From positions 25,916,001 through 25,980,000 of the forward strand of contig NC_043000.1 in the NCBI RefSeq assembly GCF_006345805.1: 64,000 bases of DNA, in the 5' to 3' direction. Both the position numbers and the translations under genes were made by a program. The first letter of the stretch is position 1, and every line of letters begins with the position of its first letter. Positions 11,367 to 25,274 of the stretch are shown piece by piece. The notes beneath the pieces are model-generated. The model was not told where the DNA came from. It saw nothing but the letters and a program-made list of their open reading frames with translations, and did not search any database. The DNA comes from Octopus sinensis. Lineage: Eukaryota.

Positions 11367-13383
11367 GGAGACACATTATGCAACAGAATGGTTCATATTT
11401 GGTTGATTAAAAATGTAAGGGCAAGTATTTATTGACCTTTTTCTTTCCTTTAAAAATCGGCATGAACTTTCCGGACTACCCAATACATCAAATGGCTATG
11501 AGGGTCCAGCTGAGTAAAATAGGGATCTAAGGGTTTGCATAGGCAAAAAATGGTTGAGAACCACTGATCTAGACAAAAGTACTTATGCAAATGGTTATCG
11601 TGTTTTCCACCTGGTTCTGCTTGCTCTCATTGTTTACAAGTGTCACGAGTCATTTCTACTGGACTTAATGCAAATCAGAAGATGAGTGTAATGGGTGTTT
11701 CTTACATACCACTGGCACGGGTGCCACTTATATGTCACTGGCAATAGCCAGTGTCATGTAAACGGCACATAAAAAGCACCCTCTACACTCTTCAGTGGTT
11801 GTCATTAGGAAGGGCATCTAGCCATAGAAACAATGCCAAATCAAACTAGAACTGGCTTACCAGTTCCAGTCGAACCATCTAACCACTCTTTCTCACTCTC
11901 ATTACACCAGAATTAATATTCAATAGCTTTGAGTAAGATTAGATCTCTTCTCTCACAGATTCTAATGCTTAATCTTTGAGCTGTATTAATTTATCATTTC
12001 TAACTTTATCCCATGTTGTTACATTTTGGAAAAGAGCATCTGTTATAATGGTTGTTTCTTAGAAACAGTCTTTCTTTTTGGTAAATCAATTCTGTTGGTT
12101 AATGTCCTAGCTTGTTCTTATATAACTTATTTAAGAATGAAAAATGTCTCCTTTGTTTTCTTTTCATTATTTCCCTGGTTACTCACGAACTAGTTTCCAA
12201 TAACAAAAGCCAGCCATACATAAGAAGCCATTTAGTTTGGGTGTCGCCTGTTTTCGCACAATAGACATGTCACATACGATTAATGGTCTACCGTTGTTCA
12301 ATTATACATTCTGTGGTGTAGTAGAAAGGTAGATTTCTCTTTATCTTGGCATATTTTATTTCTGAAGAAGCATTCTTAGAGCATTTCTTTCAATGAATAT
12401 TCGATTACAGTGAGAGATGAACCGGTTCTCTTAGATTCAAATAAATGTTTATCCATTTGAAAATGTGCTACCTACCACATGGTTTAATTGAAGTGTTGGG
12501 ACACAACTAAATCCTTAGCCATCGTTTATGATACTAGAAGATACATGACAGTAAAAGGCAAAACTCTCTTCACACATTCAGTTACTTTCATAGACAAAGA
12601 TTTTGAAAACTTCCTCCAATGAGGACCTGACTCTCTCTCTCTCAAAACTATCTCATTTTATAACACAGTATTAATGCAGTAACTATATACATTAAAGGAA
12701 CACAACACTGCAGCTTCTGTATTTGTAAACAATCACACATCAGATAAAATCTCTATTCTCTGAAAGGTTTCTCTTCATAATCTCTTATAATCTCTCATGG
12801 GCATCTTAGCTATATAACATTGTCAAATCCCATTGGCTGGTCTTTTTTCTTCCAAAGCAGAAACTATTTCAGTTCTGAACAGTTGCTGGTTTTTTGCAAG
12901 ACATAGTTGTGACACCACATTAGTGTACCATCCACATATTACTTGCATGGGTTAGCTGCTGTGTGTTTGCATCATTATCATCATCCTTTAACGCCTGTTT
13001 TTCATACTGGTATGGGTTGGATGGTTTGACTGAAGCTGGAGAGTTGCACCAGACACCAGCCTGATTTGGCATGGTTTCTTTGGCTGGATGCCCTTCCTAA
13101 GACCAACCATTTTACAGTGTGTGCTGGGTGCTTTTGATGTGGCACACATGAACACTTTTAGGTGCCACTGGCACAAGACTCTTGGAGGCTAATCCGCCTC
13201 ACCAGGAGGAGCAGCCTTAACACTTGCTGTGGAGAATGGGTCTTCTTGGGTACAGCAAAGCACCAGGTATCTTGGTCCTTCATCATCTTATCTGAAAGGT
13301 TCAGTGTTCTGAGGTTGTCCTTCAGTAAATCGTCCCATGTCTTGCTGTGTCTCCCATGTATACATTTATATTATTATATATGT

Positions 13384-13426
<43 letters not shown>

Positions 13427-13566
13427 CATATATATATATATATTGTTCTGCTTTTTATATCTAACCCTACAGTCTCTTATGTGGTGGTTTAATAAAGTAT
13501 GTGATTGAGTATTATCTGGTAATTGATATTTGATTTAGATGTATTTCTCCATTTTCTTATCTTGTA

Positions 13567-13611
<45 letters not shown>

Positions 13612-14422
13612 TCTAGCATTTGATTGCAGCCATACTGGAGCACCACCTTGAAGGGTTTTAGTTAAAAAATCAACCACAGGACTTATTTTTAAGTCCTAGT
13701 ACTTTTGCTGAACTGCTAAGTTACAGGGACATTAAACCACCAAGACTGGTTTGTCAAGCAGTGATGGGACAATACACACACACACACACATACATATACA
13801 CATGATACAGGTGTGGATATATAAAGAAGTCTGTTTCCCAACAAGATGGTTTCAGGTTCAGTCCTACTGCATGGCATCTATGGTGAGTGTCTTCTATGAT
13901 AGTTCCAGTTCAACCAGTCTTGTGAGTGAATGGATTTGTTAAATGGAAACTGAAAGAAGCCTATTATACATACACCCAAATACATATATGTGCGAGTGTA
14001 TGTGTGTCTCCTTGTCTTGACACCACATGATAGTTGTAAATGAGTGTCACTGTTATACAAGTGGTGTCATTCATTTCTTGTATTCTGGAGAACCTCTCTG
14101 GCCTTAAGAAAATATTTTCCATCTTGGAAACAGGGGAGAGTTGGTGACAGGAAGGGCATTGGAATGTAGGAAACCTGTCTTAATAAACTCTGTATGACTG
14201 ATGCAAGCATGGAAAAGTGGATGTTAAAAAGTATGGTGAGGAGTGTGTGTGTTATAAAGATTATATATACCAAACTCACCTTAAGAATACATCTACCAAT
14301 ATAGTTTCAGCTGAACTATGATGCAAGAACATTTTTTCTGTGAAAATGTATCTTTATATCTTTATTTTTCATACATATATAATCACCTACAATAAGATTT
14401 TTTTCCTTTTATGTTAAAGAGT

Positions 14423-14650
14423 TAGTAAAGTTTATTTGCCAATAGAATGTGGCAGTCCTATACAGGACGATGTTACTGTTGTTTAAGCCTCGAGGAATAC
14501 ATCTTTTCCAGCTGGCTATTGACACAGAGTCAGTGTCCGTATAGTGTTTGCAAGGGAGGTCATTGCTCCCATCTCCAGCTTTAAGTGATACTCACAGACC
14601 ATGGTTTCTGGTTGGTTACCAGTCCTCAGTGTGAGACAATCACTGGCTAA
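14423..14650 (-). mobile_element. HHR-bearing Penelope-like/retrozyme-like non-autonomous element fragment
   Basis: Colinear similarity to 52881-53100 (tagtaaag..tttgccaa..tggcagtcct..ccagctggctat..gtgtcc..caaggga), with the HHR at the same position. Confidence 0.7.
14584..14644 (-). ncRNA. Type I hammerhead ribozyme, structurally intact
   Basis: Minus strand: AGTGAT tgt CTCACA CTGAGGA c TGGT aacca ACCA GAAA CCATGG TC TGTGAG t ATCACT. Core CUGANGA/GAAA/UC, stem I 6+6 bp with internal loop, stem II 4 bp, palindromic stem III; predicted cut between 14597 and 14596. Confidence 0.85.
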
Positions 14651-14765
14651 TTGCACATCGCCATCATTTAACGATGTGTATGTGTGTTTATATATTTATA
14701 TATATAAACGAAAATTTTGATGAATTTTCAACTTTTCTCTATTTTTCACATATTTGTCTGTCTAT

Positions 14766-14828
<63 letters not shown>

Positions 14829-15970
14829 TACTAGACAGCCCACCACTGTGCCATCCAACTTAATGGCAAGCCTTTATTTACCAAGTCAATAGCAATGATT
14901 GTCAATATTTGGCCTGGGTTAGACAGGTTTGTAAAATTGGCCCCATCACCCACCTCATCTCACCATTAACTATATCTGTGTTTTGCTGTATTTTTTCTTT
15001 GTATCCCATTAAGTGGGTCAGGACTATCCTTGCTTTCTTTGTTAAATGTTCAAATATTGTTATCTTACACTTGTGGTCAAATGGCTTAAAAAAATTAAAT
15101 GTTTATATTTTTTTACACCTTTAATTTTAAACTTTTATTCCCACCAAATATTATGAAGAAATTATTATCTCCCTTTAATAACATATGCAAATATCTCAAC
15201 TTGTTGAGATTTTTTGCATTCTATCTACTAAATCCCCTCACAAGGTATTTGTCAGCCCAAGGTAATGTTTAGTGGGATTGAACCTAAGGCCATATGGTTA
15301 GGAATCAAGTTTCTTAACCACACATCCTTGGAGCAGAAAGGTTAAGAAGTGCTGAGACAAAAACAAGGGGTCCCTTAATTTTCGAAGGATACTGTGCTAG
15401 TTTGGTCTATATTTCCTCGCCTCACACACTTCTAGTCGTTCAAGGCTGTTACTAGTTTCATAAAGCGTTAACACTCCTTGAAATTTCTTTTGCAATTTTG
15501 AAGCTCAAGCAGTTGCCTTCTCCGTTCAAGTTTCCCACACAGTCGTAGCCCTTTGTAAGAAATTTGAATATTAATTTTTTTTCTTCTAAGTGTTTGTTAG
15601 AAAGACTTAAGATGTTGCTGAAAGATAAAACAAAAATATAAAAAAATTTAAATACATTCTCTCTTTTTTTTTGTTTTTGTTTTTGATATTTACTTTTGAG
15701 AAATGTTTGCATTATAACAAGACTATTGGCCAAATATCCTTTCAAGATAGGAAATACTTGTCTATATGTACTGCTGTCCACATTAGTAATTAGATCTGGT
15801 CAGTAATGGCGTGTCGGTGTGTCTGAAGTGGTCGGTGGCACATAGTACCAGCCTCTTTCATAAGTTTGTGATAACATTTAAATGCACACACAAATGTACT
15901 CACATAGGCATTGAAACACTCACACACACACACTCTTGCACACACACACACACACACACACACACTCTTG

Positions 15971-16002
<32 letters not shown>

Positions 16003-16480
16003 TACACATTTGCCTCTTCCTTTAGATCAATATCAAGATTCTCTTTCCTCTGTTCTAATTTTCAGGTGGCCTTTTTCTTTCACTTTTTCACACACATACA
16101 CACACATACATATATACACACAAACACACATATACATGCACACTCATCTATATATATATATATATCACCGTGATCACCATGACCGACCAGGCTATCAGAT
16201 GTTGCTACACATCACTGGTCACAATGCGCTTCGCATTGTTTTAGCCTTCAGATGACGCCACTCCGCTGGCTAAGCAAGCAGGCCAACAGAAGAAAGAGTA
16301 AGAGAAAGTTGTGGCGAAAGAGTACAGCAGGGATCGCCACAATCCCCTGCCCGAGCCTCATGGAGCTTTAGGTGTTTTCGCTCAATAAACACTCACAACG
16401 CCTGGTCTGGGAATCGAAACCACAATCCTATGACTACAAGTCCGCTGCCCTAACCACTGGGCCATTGTGCCTCCACATAT

Positions 16481-16527
<47 letters not shown>

Positions 16528-16559
16528 TGCATATGTATATGTATATATATATGTATATA

Positions 16560-17290
16560 TCATCATCGTTTAACGTCCATTCTCCATGCTAGCACGGGTT
16601 GGACGGTTCGACCGGGGATCTGGGAAGCCAGAAGGCTGCACCAGGCTCCAGTCTGATCTGGCAGTGTTTCTACAGCTGGATGCCCTTAATCCCAACCACT
16701 CCGTGAATGTAGTGGGTGCTTTTTACGTGTCACTGGCACAGGTGCCAGGCGAGGCTGGCAACGGCCACGATCGGATTGGTAATTTTTACATGCCACCGGC
16801 ATGGAAGCCAGACATAGTGGCGCTGGCATCAGCCACGTTTGGATGGTGATTTTTACGTGCCACCGCATGGAAGCCAGTCTAGGCGGCCTGGCATTGGCCA
16901 CGTTCGGATGGTGCTTATTACGTGCCACCGGCACAGAGATCACAAATGCAGTTTCCATTGATTTTTGATGTTGGTGTACTTCACTCGATGGATCTCCTCA
17001 AGCACAGGGTCGAAATGGTGTTTCTTTACTTGCCATCTGCACAGGAGTCAGTCCAGCGGCCCTGGCAACTGCCGGATGCCAGTCACAGGATTGGTTCAAT
17101 TTCGATTCCAATTTCACTTGCCCCAACAGGTCTTCACAAGCAGAGTTTAGTGTCCAATGAAGGGAGGTTGGCATGGTTGCCTGTCATTGGATGGGGTTCA
17201 ATTTCGACTTAGCTTGCCTCAACAGGTCTTCGTGTGTCCAAGGAAGGAAAGGCATGCATAAGTGGGCTGGCTACATCCCTGGCAAGGGAC
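16560..17290 (-). mobile_element. RTE-tail retroelement, family C (longer 3' UTR)
   Basis: Reverse-complement match to 2115-2487; extension resembles 3600-3750. Confidence 0.7.
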
Positions 17291-17721
17291 ACGGGATGAG
17301 AGAGAGAGAGATAGGAAAGAAAGTTGTTTTATTCCACACAGGTAGAAATATAAAAAAAAAGTTGAAAATGCAGAGATAGTCTTTTAGATGGTTATTTTTA
17401 AAGGCTTAACTGGTTTCACAAATTTTTCTAATTTCCAAAAATTGAGATAGAATGATGTGGGGCTATGATGCTACAGCAGCCTTGCTCTTGACCAAAATTT
17501 GAAATGTCTCTTGTTTTTATAGAGAAAACATGGCTCAAAGTAGTATCTGTTTAGGATACAATTTGATTGGCTGAGAATGGTCACCTGATCAGGCTTAGAA
17601 AATTTTGTAAGTTCTTCCACTGTGCCTGTGTGTTAATCTCCATCAGCAAATTTCTTTTTGTGTTGAAAGTTAAAACTGACATGGTTGAGTGGACACATGT
17701 CCAGTGACAGTCCCAAATGTA

Positions 17722-17755
<34 letters not shown>

Positions 17756-19169
17756 AATTTTTATAATTATGAGCACACTGGACGAAATGCTCAGCAGTAT
17801 TTTGCCCATCACTACGTTCTGAGTTCAAGTTCTGCCAAGGTCAGTTTTGCCTTTCATCCTTTCGGAGTTAATAAAGTAAGTACCAGTTGAACACGGGGGT
17901 TGATGTTAATTGCCTCATCCTCACCTCCCCCAAGCTGTCCATGGGGCAAAAATTTGAAATAGTTATTTCCAACATGGGTTCTTCTCTAGATAGTTCCTAT
18001 CATTTCTTGGTGCAGACTAATGATATAAGCTAAATATCTTTTTGGTTTTTTTGTCCTTTTGTCACAAATAGAGATTAAAAAAACATACACACACACACAC
18101 AAAAAAAGAAAGAAAACTCTGCTAAGTTCCCATCATTTCTTGTTATAAACTAGTGTACACCAAGATAACATCTTTGTCCTTTTATAACATGTAGATATTA
18201 AAATATAAAAAGACAAGTATATTTTTTCCTCTTTAGAGTTTCCTTGTTTAGCACAACTATGATTCTTCTTCTTTGAATTGCGATGTTTAGATAAATTTTT
18301 GGTTTGGCTTTTCTTGTTTGGAATTAGCAAAGCACGAACTGGTTGAGAAAATATTTGCACTTAATTTCACATAGGTCTCCCCAAATATAGTTAGCTATAA
18401 AAATATCACGATTACTATTACTTCACAATACTTAGCCTCAAGTGTCTAATGAGGACTTGTTTTCCTTGTTGTGTAATTTATATAGACTCTTTTTTTTTTA
18501 TATATTTAAAATAAAAATAGAATGAAAATGAAGCAATTGTTTATAGGAAGTACATTTTGTGTAAGAAAACTGTCTCTTTCCCAAGATCCTGTATTAAACC
18601 CACTGACCTCTCTTATTCCCCCTCCCCTCTTAACCTGTTGCCCCTCTCCACCTTCCTTTATCAAAGAACTGTTTCCCTTTGGAAGTTACCATTTTTGTCG
18701 TTATCTTACCTTCTGGCCACTAAGCAGAATTTACTTTATTTTGATACCCTAAAAGACGCACGGGCATATCAGACCTGCACCAATTCCAGTTGTGCATATT
18801 CAGGGAAAAAGAGTTTTTAATGCACAAAAGCTTGTAATATTGGTTCCACTTCATATAGGAATCAGGGTGATTTTTTTCGGAGACATTTTGTAAAAAATGT
18901 GCATCATCTGTGCCACTGAATACAATCTTCATTCACACCATCTGGGTATCCTTGCATCTTGAGTTAAGTGTAGTGAAAAAAGGGCCATGGCCACTACAAG
19001 TGCCTTTTCGCATGAATAGTGTTTCTTACATTGATACAAGGCCATACAGGAAAAGATATGTTCAAAGTCAATTAATCCCATTACATGACTGGTACTATAT
19101 TTTATTGATCCTGATGGGACGACGAAAGGCAAAGTTTATCCTGACATTATTTGAATATAGCAAAACTCT

Positions 19170-19535
19170 GATCACTTAGAGTGGATGGAACTTGTGGAAG
19201 AGTGAGACCCAGGAAGACATGGGATGAGGTACTGAAGGTTGATCTCAAGACACTGAGCTTTATGAAGGAGATGATAAAGGACTTGGATATCTGGTGCCTT
19301 GCTGTACTCAAAAAGACCCATGCATCACAGCAGTATTGATACTCGTGCTGGTGCCACATTAAAAGCACCCAGTACACTCTATGAAGTGGTTGGCATTAGA
19401 AAGGGCATGCAGCTGTAGAAACCATGCCAGAACAGACAATTAAGTCTGGTATGGCCTCTGGCCTTACTAGCTCTGGTCAAGCCGTCCAACCCATGCCGGC
19501 ATGGAAAATGGATGTTTTAAATGATGATGATGATA
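19170..19535 (+). mobile_element. RTE LINE 3' end with 3' UTR and (GAT)n tail
   Basis: LRVDGTCGRVRPRKTWDEVLKVDL; followed by gtggttggcattagaaagggcat...gatgatgat. Confidence 0.7.
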
Positions 19536-19914
19536 GCATGACTAAATAAAAAAAAAGAACTCTGGAGTGCAGCAAAACCCCTGCCACATGAGCTGCATGA
19601 AGATACCATTATTATGTCTGACTTCACTAGTGCCACATCAATAGCCATGTAAAATAGGGATGGTTTCTCTCTCCAGTTTTATATGGCCCTTGGTCTGGTT
19701 CTTGTGAAGTTAGGTAGATTGTTTTTATTGTTTTTACTTGTTTCAGTCATTAGACTGTGGCCATGCTGGGACGCCCCCTTGAAGAATTTCTAGTTGAATG
19801 AATTGACCCCAGTATTCTTTTTATAAAGCCTGGTAATTATTCTATCGGTCTCTTTTGCTGAACCACTAAATTATGGGGATGTAAACACACCAACATCGGT
19901 TATCAGACACTGGT

Positions 19915-19953
<39 letters not shown>

Positions 19954-22277
19954 GATGGGTTTCTTTCAGTTTCCATCTGCCAAATCCACTATCAAGGAGT
20001 GACCAGCCTGAAGCCATTGTAGAAGATATTTGCGGTGGGACTGAACCTGAAACCATGTGGCTGGGAAGGAAACTTCTTACCACATAGCCGCACCTTTGCT
20101 TGATGGTTACAGTATCTTCATGTAGCTCATAGGTTCTCAAAATGGCTCCCCCCCCAATTGGTGTTGAGAGGGTCCAGGTGAGTGCTGGTGTCTAAGGGGG
20201 AAGTAAAGAAAAAGAAGGCATTGAGAGAAAGCCAGTGGATTGGGGGACACTATGAATTTATAATATTATTATAGTATTGTATACAAATTGTATAATATTA
20301 TATTAAATATCAAATGATTAATAGTATATATAAATTAGTAAAATATTTATACATAAAAATAGGGGTGGGGGTGCTGAGGATATGTGACCGTGAGGGGGGC
20401 AGTGACCCACAAAGTTTGAGAACCTCTGATGTAGCTGATGTTAGAACTTTTTTTTTTTTTGCCACACCCTATATCTTTATACAAATGCATGCTAATCCAA
20501 TTTTATTCAAAGCATGCTGACATGGAAAAATGGAATCCATTCTAATGTTCTCTCTGGTTTTTGATGATAAGTGCTTAATACAGGAAGTTAGAATCGGTTG
20601 TGTTGTTAAGGTGTTGGTACATTGATAAAATCTGGTGTTCAAATTTATGGAAAAATTAAACCAAATCTGACATTTTTCACTTCTTTCTTTCTTTGAATGT
20701 TGAATTTTGATAAACGAATTCTTAAAGCAAAAAGTTAGTGTGGGCTGTTTCGCTAAGATGCTGGTTGATTGATAAAACCCCATATTTAAACTGTGCTTCC
20801 AGACAGTGTGTTGCCTCTTGGCCATACAATGCACATGTATCTATTTGCATTAATCTACCTAAGTGAAAATAATGTACGGAAGGGATTCCATTAGTGAATA
20901 TCCAAATATTCTAAAGTCTTGAATTGTAATGTAAAAAGGAGTGAAAAGAATAAAAAGCAAAAGAAAATATTTTAAGGCAGAGAACTACTGGCAGAATTAT
21001 TCGCATGCTGAGCCAAATATTTTGCTACTCTTTGTCCGTCTTTACATTCTGAGTTCAAATTCTGCTATGGTTCCACTTTGCCTTTCCTCTTTTTGGGGTC
21101 AATGAAATAAGTACCAGTTAGGTATTGGGGTCAATGTAATCGACTTAACCCTTCTCCTGAAATTACTGACTGTGTGCCAAAATTTGGAACTAATATTAAC
21201 AACAGCATGTCTGACCATGGGGAAATATAACCTTACTTGGAAACAGGTGAGGGTTGGCCACAGGACGGGCATCAAGCTGTAGAAAATCTACTTCAATGAA
21301 TTTAGTGGTAATTAAAACAATGATAATAACGATTTGGACACCAAGCAATGTGTCACAGGTTCAAATCTTACTGTGTACTTGTTATTTTTGTTGCTTTTTA
21401 GATTCTGGTCAGCCTAGGTCAAGCTGACCCATGATAAAAGGCTTTCCAGTCATGACTATTCCATCTATACAGTGCACTGAGGACTACATTCTTCAATGTG
21501 TCCTTTTGTTTATATGATGCTGGGAGTACTTTTGCAGCTATTTCTAGATTGAGGAGACTTTTGCAGCTCTTTCTAGCAGTTTGTGTTGTTATGTAGATGT
21601 TCGTTGTTTAGTTGGCACATGTTCTTGGTTCCAGTGCAAATCTCTTTATCATCATCATCATTATTAGATTTTCTCGGCCTCACGGAGGCCGTGACAAATG
21701 ACCGATGCCTTTGGCAATATACCACACTTAAGAAGACCTGTCAAGCCAAGTTAGATTGTAGTCGTGGCTCAAGCCGGTGTTTCGTAACTGGCACCCATGC
21801 CAGTGGCATGTAAAAAGCACCCTTTACACGCTATGAGTGGTTGGTGTCAGGAAGGGCATCTAATGGTAGAAACCATGCCAAATCGGATGAGAACCTGGTG
21901 CAGGTCTCCTGGCTTACCAGTTTTCAGTCAAACCGTCCAACCCATGCCAGCATGGAAAACGGATGTTGAATGATGATGGATGTCCTTCTTCTCACTGACC
22001 CTCACCTGTTTCCAAGAAAGGTAATATTTCCCCATGACCAGACGTTTTTTTATAGAAGAGTGGCAACAAGATATCTTGCATGGCAGTGAAATCCACTTAT
22101 GACTGAACCATCAACTAATGTCTTCCATGAAAGCATGTTTGACCATGGGAAGGTACTCCTTTGCTTGGATTCAGGTGAGGGTTGGCAACAGGAAGAGCAT
22201 TCAGCAGTAGAATTTGGTGTGGAACCATGTAGCCATAGTTATTAAGGCAAGGAAACAGTAACACGCACACACATGAT

Positions 22278-22755
22278 GGGCTTCTTTCAGTTTCCATCTA
22301 CCAAATCCACTCACAAGGCTACACACGTATGCATATAAAGGGCTTATTTCAGTTTCCATCTACCAAATCCACTCACAAGGCTACACACATATGCATATAA
22401 AGGGCTTCTTTCAGTTTCCATCTACCAAATCCACTCACAAGGCTACACACATATGCATATAAAGGGCTTCTTTCAGTTTCCATCTACCAAATCCACTCAC
22501 AAGGCTACACACATATTCATATAAAGGGCTTCTTTCAGTTTCCATCTACCAAATCCACTCACAAGGCTACACACACATGCATATAATGAGCTTCTTTCAG
22601 TTTCCATCTACCAAATCCACTCACAAGGCTACACACACATGCATATAATGGGCTTCTTTCAGTTTCCATCTACCAAATCCACTCACAAGGCTACACATAC
22701 GTGCATATAATGGGCTTCTTTCAGTTTCCGTCTACCAAATCCACGCACAAGTTTT
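22278..22755. repeat. 62-bp tandem array (8 units) derived from an internal SINE A segment
   Basis: Units start at 22278, 22340, 22402, 22464, 22526, 22588, 22650 and 22712; the last runs into the SINE head. Confidence 0.92.
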
Positions 22756-23385
22756 TGGTCAGCCCAAGGCTACAGTAGAGGACACTTGCCGAAGGTGCCA
22801 CGCATTGGGATTGAACCCAAAGCCATGTGGTTGAGAAGCTGACTTCTTGCCACCCATCCCTGCTTACACCTCTCTCTCTTGTTTTAAATGTCAGATGCAG
22901 CATGTACTCCTGTTTCATTACAAATGATTGATGTTCACCTGCTGTGTAAAACGTTAACCATACTGACATGTCTCAGCGTGTAAAAAGAAACAATACAAAA
23001 AAGCACTAAAGTTTAAAATCTTTGCTTTCTCTTCTGTAATTATGTTAATATATCTATTTTATCAGTCAGTCTTCCATTTTCTTTTTTTTTTTACAATGCG
23101 GGTGACGTGAGAAAATAACAAGAAAAAAAAAAGAACAAAAAAACAGCAGCAGCAGCAAGTGAACAAGTCTGTTTTTATGTCTTAAGAAATGCTGTTGGCT
23201 TGCTGAGGCTGTTTGGCATGTCTCACTTCCATTGGTTTGATATGAAAACCCTTCTTTTTTTTACCACCCTGAAAGGTCTAGCTGCAGTTAAAAGAGGTGT
23301 CGGTCAGAAATTGATGTGCTGTTTGTTGCCAGGCATACAGTAGAAGTGAATTCAAACACTTGGTTTTCAATGATATGAGAACCCT

Positions 23386-23453
23386 AATAATAATAATAAT
23401 AGTAATAATAATAATAGTGATAATAATAATAATAAGTGATAATAATAATAGTG

Positions 23454-23492
<39 letters not shown>

Positions 23493-23594
23493 GTGATAAT
23501 AATAATAGTAATAGTAATAATAGTAATAATAATAGTAATAATAATAATAGTAATAGTAATAATAATGGTAATAGTAATAATAATGGTAATAGTA

Positions 23595-23631
<37 letters not shown>
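23386..23631. repeat. (AAT)n/(AGT) microsatellite
   Basis: Direct reading. Confidence 0.95.
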
Positions 23632-23632
<1 letters not shown>

Positions 23633-23640
23633 TGTTATTA

Positions 23641-24174
23641 TTTCTATTCTAGGCACAAGGCCTTGAAAATTTTGGGGAAGGGAGCTGGTCAATTATACCG
23701 ACTCCAGTGCATAACTGGTACTTATTTCATTGACCCCTGAAAAGATGAAAGGCAGAGTTGACCTTGGCAGAATTTGAACTCAGAATGTAGTAGCTGATGA
23801 AATACCACTAAGCATGTCGCCCGGCATGCTAATGATTCTTCCAGCTCGCCACTCTCTTAATAATAATCCTTTCTACTGGAGGCACAAAGCCTTAGATTTG
23901 TGGGGAGGGGACTAGTTGATTACATCAACCCTAGTATTTTACTGGTATGTAATTTGTCCTTTTCTACTCTAGGCACAAGACCTGAAATTTTTGGGAAAAG
24001 GGCCAGTTGATTAGATCAACCCCAGTACGCAACTGGTACTTAGCTTTATTGACCCCAAAAGGATGAAAGGCAAAGTCGATCTCTGTGGAATTTGAACTCA
24101 GAATGTAAAGGCGGACGAAATACCGCTAAGCGTTTTGCCCGGCGTGCTAACTATTCTGCCAGTTCACTGCCTTA
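23641..24174 (-). mobile_element. Tandem family B SINEs
   Basis: Two full copies and one partial copy directly after an (AAT)n tract. Confidence 0.8.
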
Positions 24175-25274
24175 AAAATAATAATAATAATAATTATAAT
24201 TAATTCTTTTTATTGGCCACAAGGGCTGACACACATGATTAGAAAACATAAAGGGACAAAACAGGACGAAAGGTTACAAAGGGTTTTGTCCGTTTGTGAA
24301 AAAATCGTGTAAAAACAGTGTAACAATCAAATAATATAACAACGAAAAACTCCCAATAGGGGGAGGCGTTACGAAAGGTTCCTGGTGGAAAAAACCCATA
24401 AAAGCCAACGGGAGCCTGGTCAAAAGGGGGGTAGAGAGCCCCTTTCTCCTTTTATAATACCTTTTTCAAATAATAATAGTAATTGCTTACATTTACTAGT
24501 AGAGCTTAAAGTTTAACTGTCTGGTGAAATAAGATATTTGAACATCTCCACACATATCGATCTATTCTTCTATTCATGTTAAACAAATAAGTTTCTGAGT
24601 TGTGTATTCTTTCAGATTATGTTAACATATCAAATGTCTGGGTTTCTTAAACAGAATCACTAACTCATCGTGTTTAAATTTTTTTTTTTTTTATATTTTG
24701 ATTCTACATTTAGATTTTATCAAAGACAAGATAACACTTCATTCTAAGGTGCAGGTGTGGCTGTGTGGGCGATGTGGTTATGAAGCTTGCTTCCAAATCA
24801 CATGGTTTTGGGTTCAGTCCCACCGTATGGTACCTTAGGCAAGTGCTTCCTATTACAGCCCCAAGCCAATCAAAGCATTGTTAGTGGATTTGGTGGACAT
24901 AAACTGAGTGTATCATCATCATCATCCAGTGTTTTAAATCCAGGTTTTGTCCCGATTAATGGGGGTGGCCGGATCTACCTCAGTGCCATAGCAACTGAGG
25001 CAGGCAGGTGCAGCCCACCCCAACCTTTGGGCTGGCTGGTGCCCATTCTCCCTTGTTATCATGAGGCTTTTTTGGAGCTGGATTTTCTACAGGGAACATG
25101 CCCTTGCTTACCCCCAACCTCAGTTTCTAGACATGAGTGGTCCCTAGACCAAAGCCTCTACCATGATTTTTAAGAAAGGGATTTCCTTTTCTTAGAGAGA
25201 TGTCTAAACAAAGACCAGCAGTCCCTCACTCCCAGCTGTTGGATGGCTGTTGACTCTAGAGTTTGTCCTCCCTT

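Larger units (their letters stand above)
10778..11566. mobile_element. hAT-like non-autonomous element with nested insertions
   Basis: TIRs cagtggttctcaaccattttttgcctatgcaa / ttgcataggcaaaaaatggttgagaaccactg. Confidence 0.75.

Noticed and set aside
22278-22755. CRISPR-like look (conserved repeat with slightly variable linkers)
   Set aside because: Linkers are near-identical rather than unique spacers, the unit is a SINE segment, and the DNA is eukaryotic with no cas genes.
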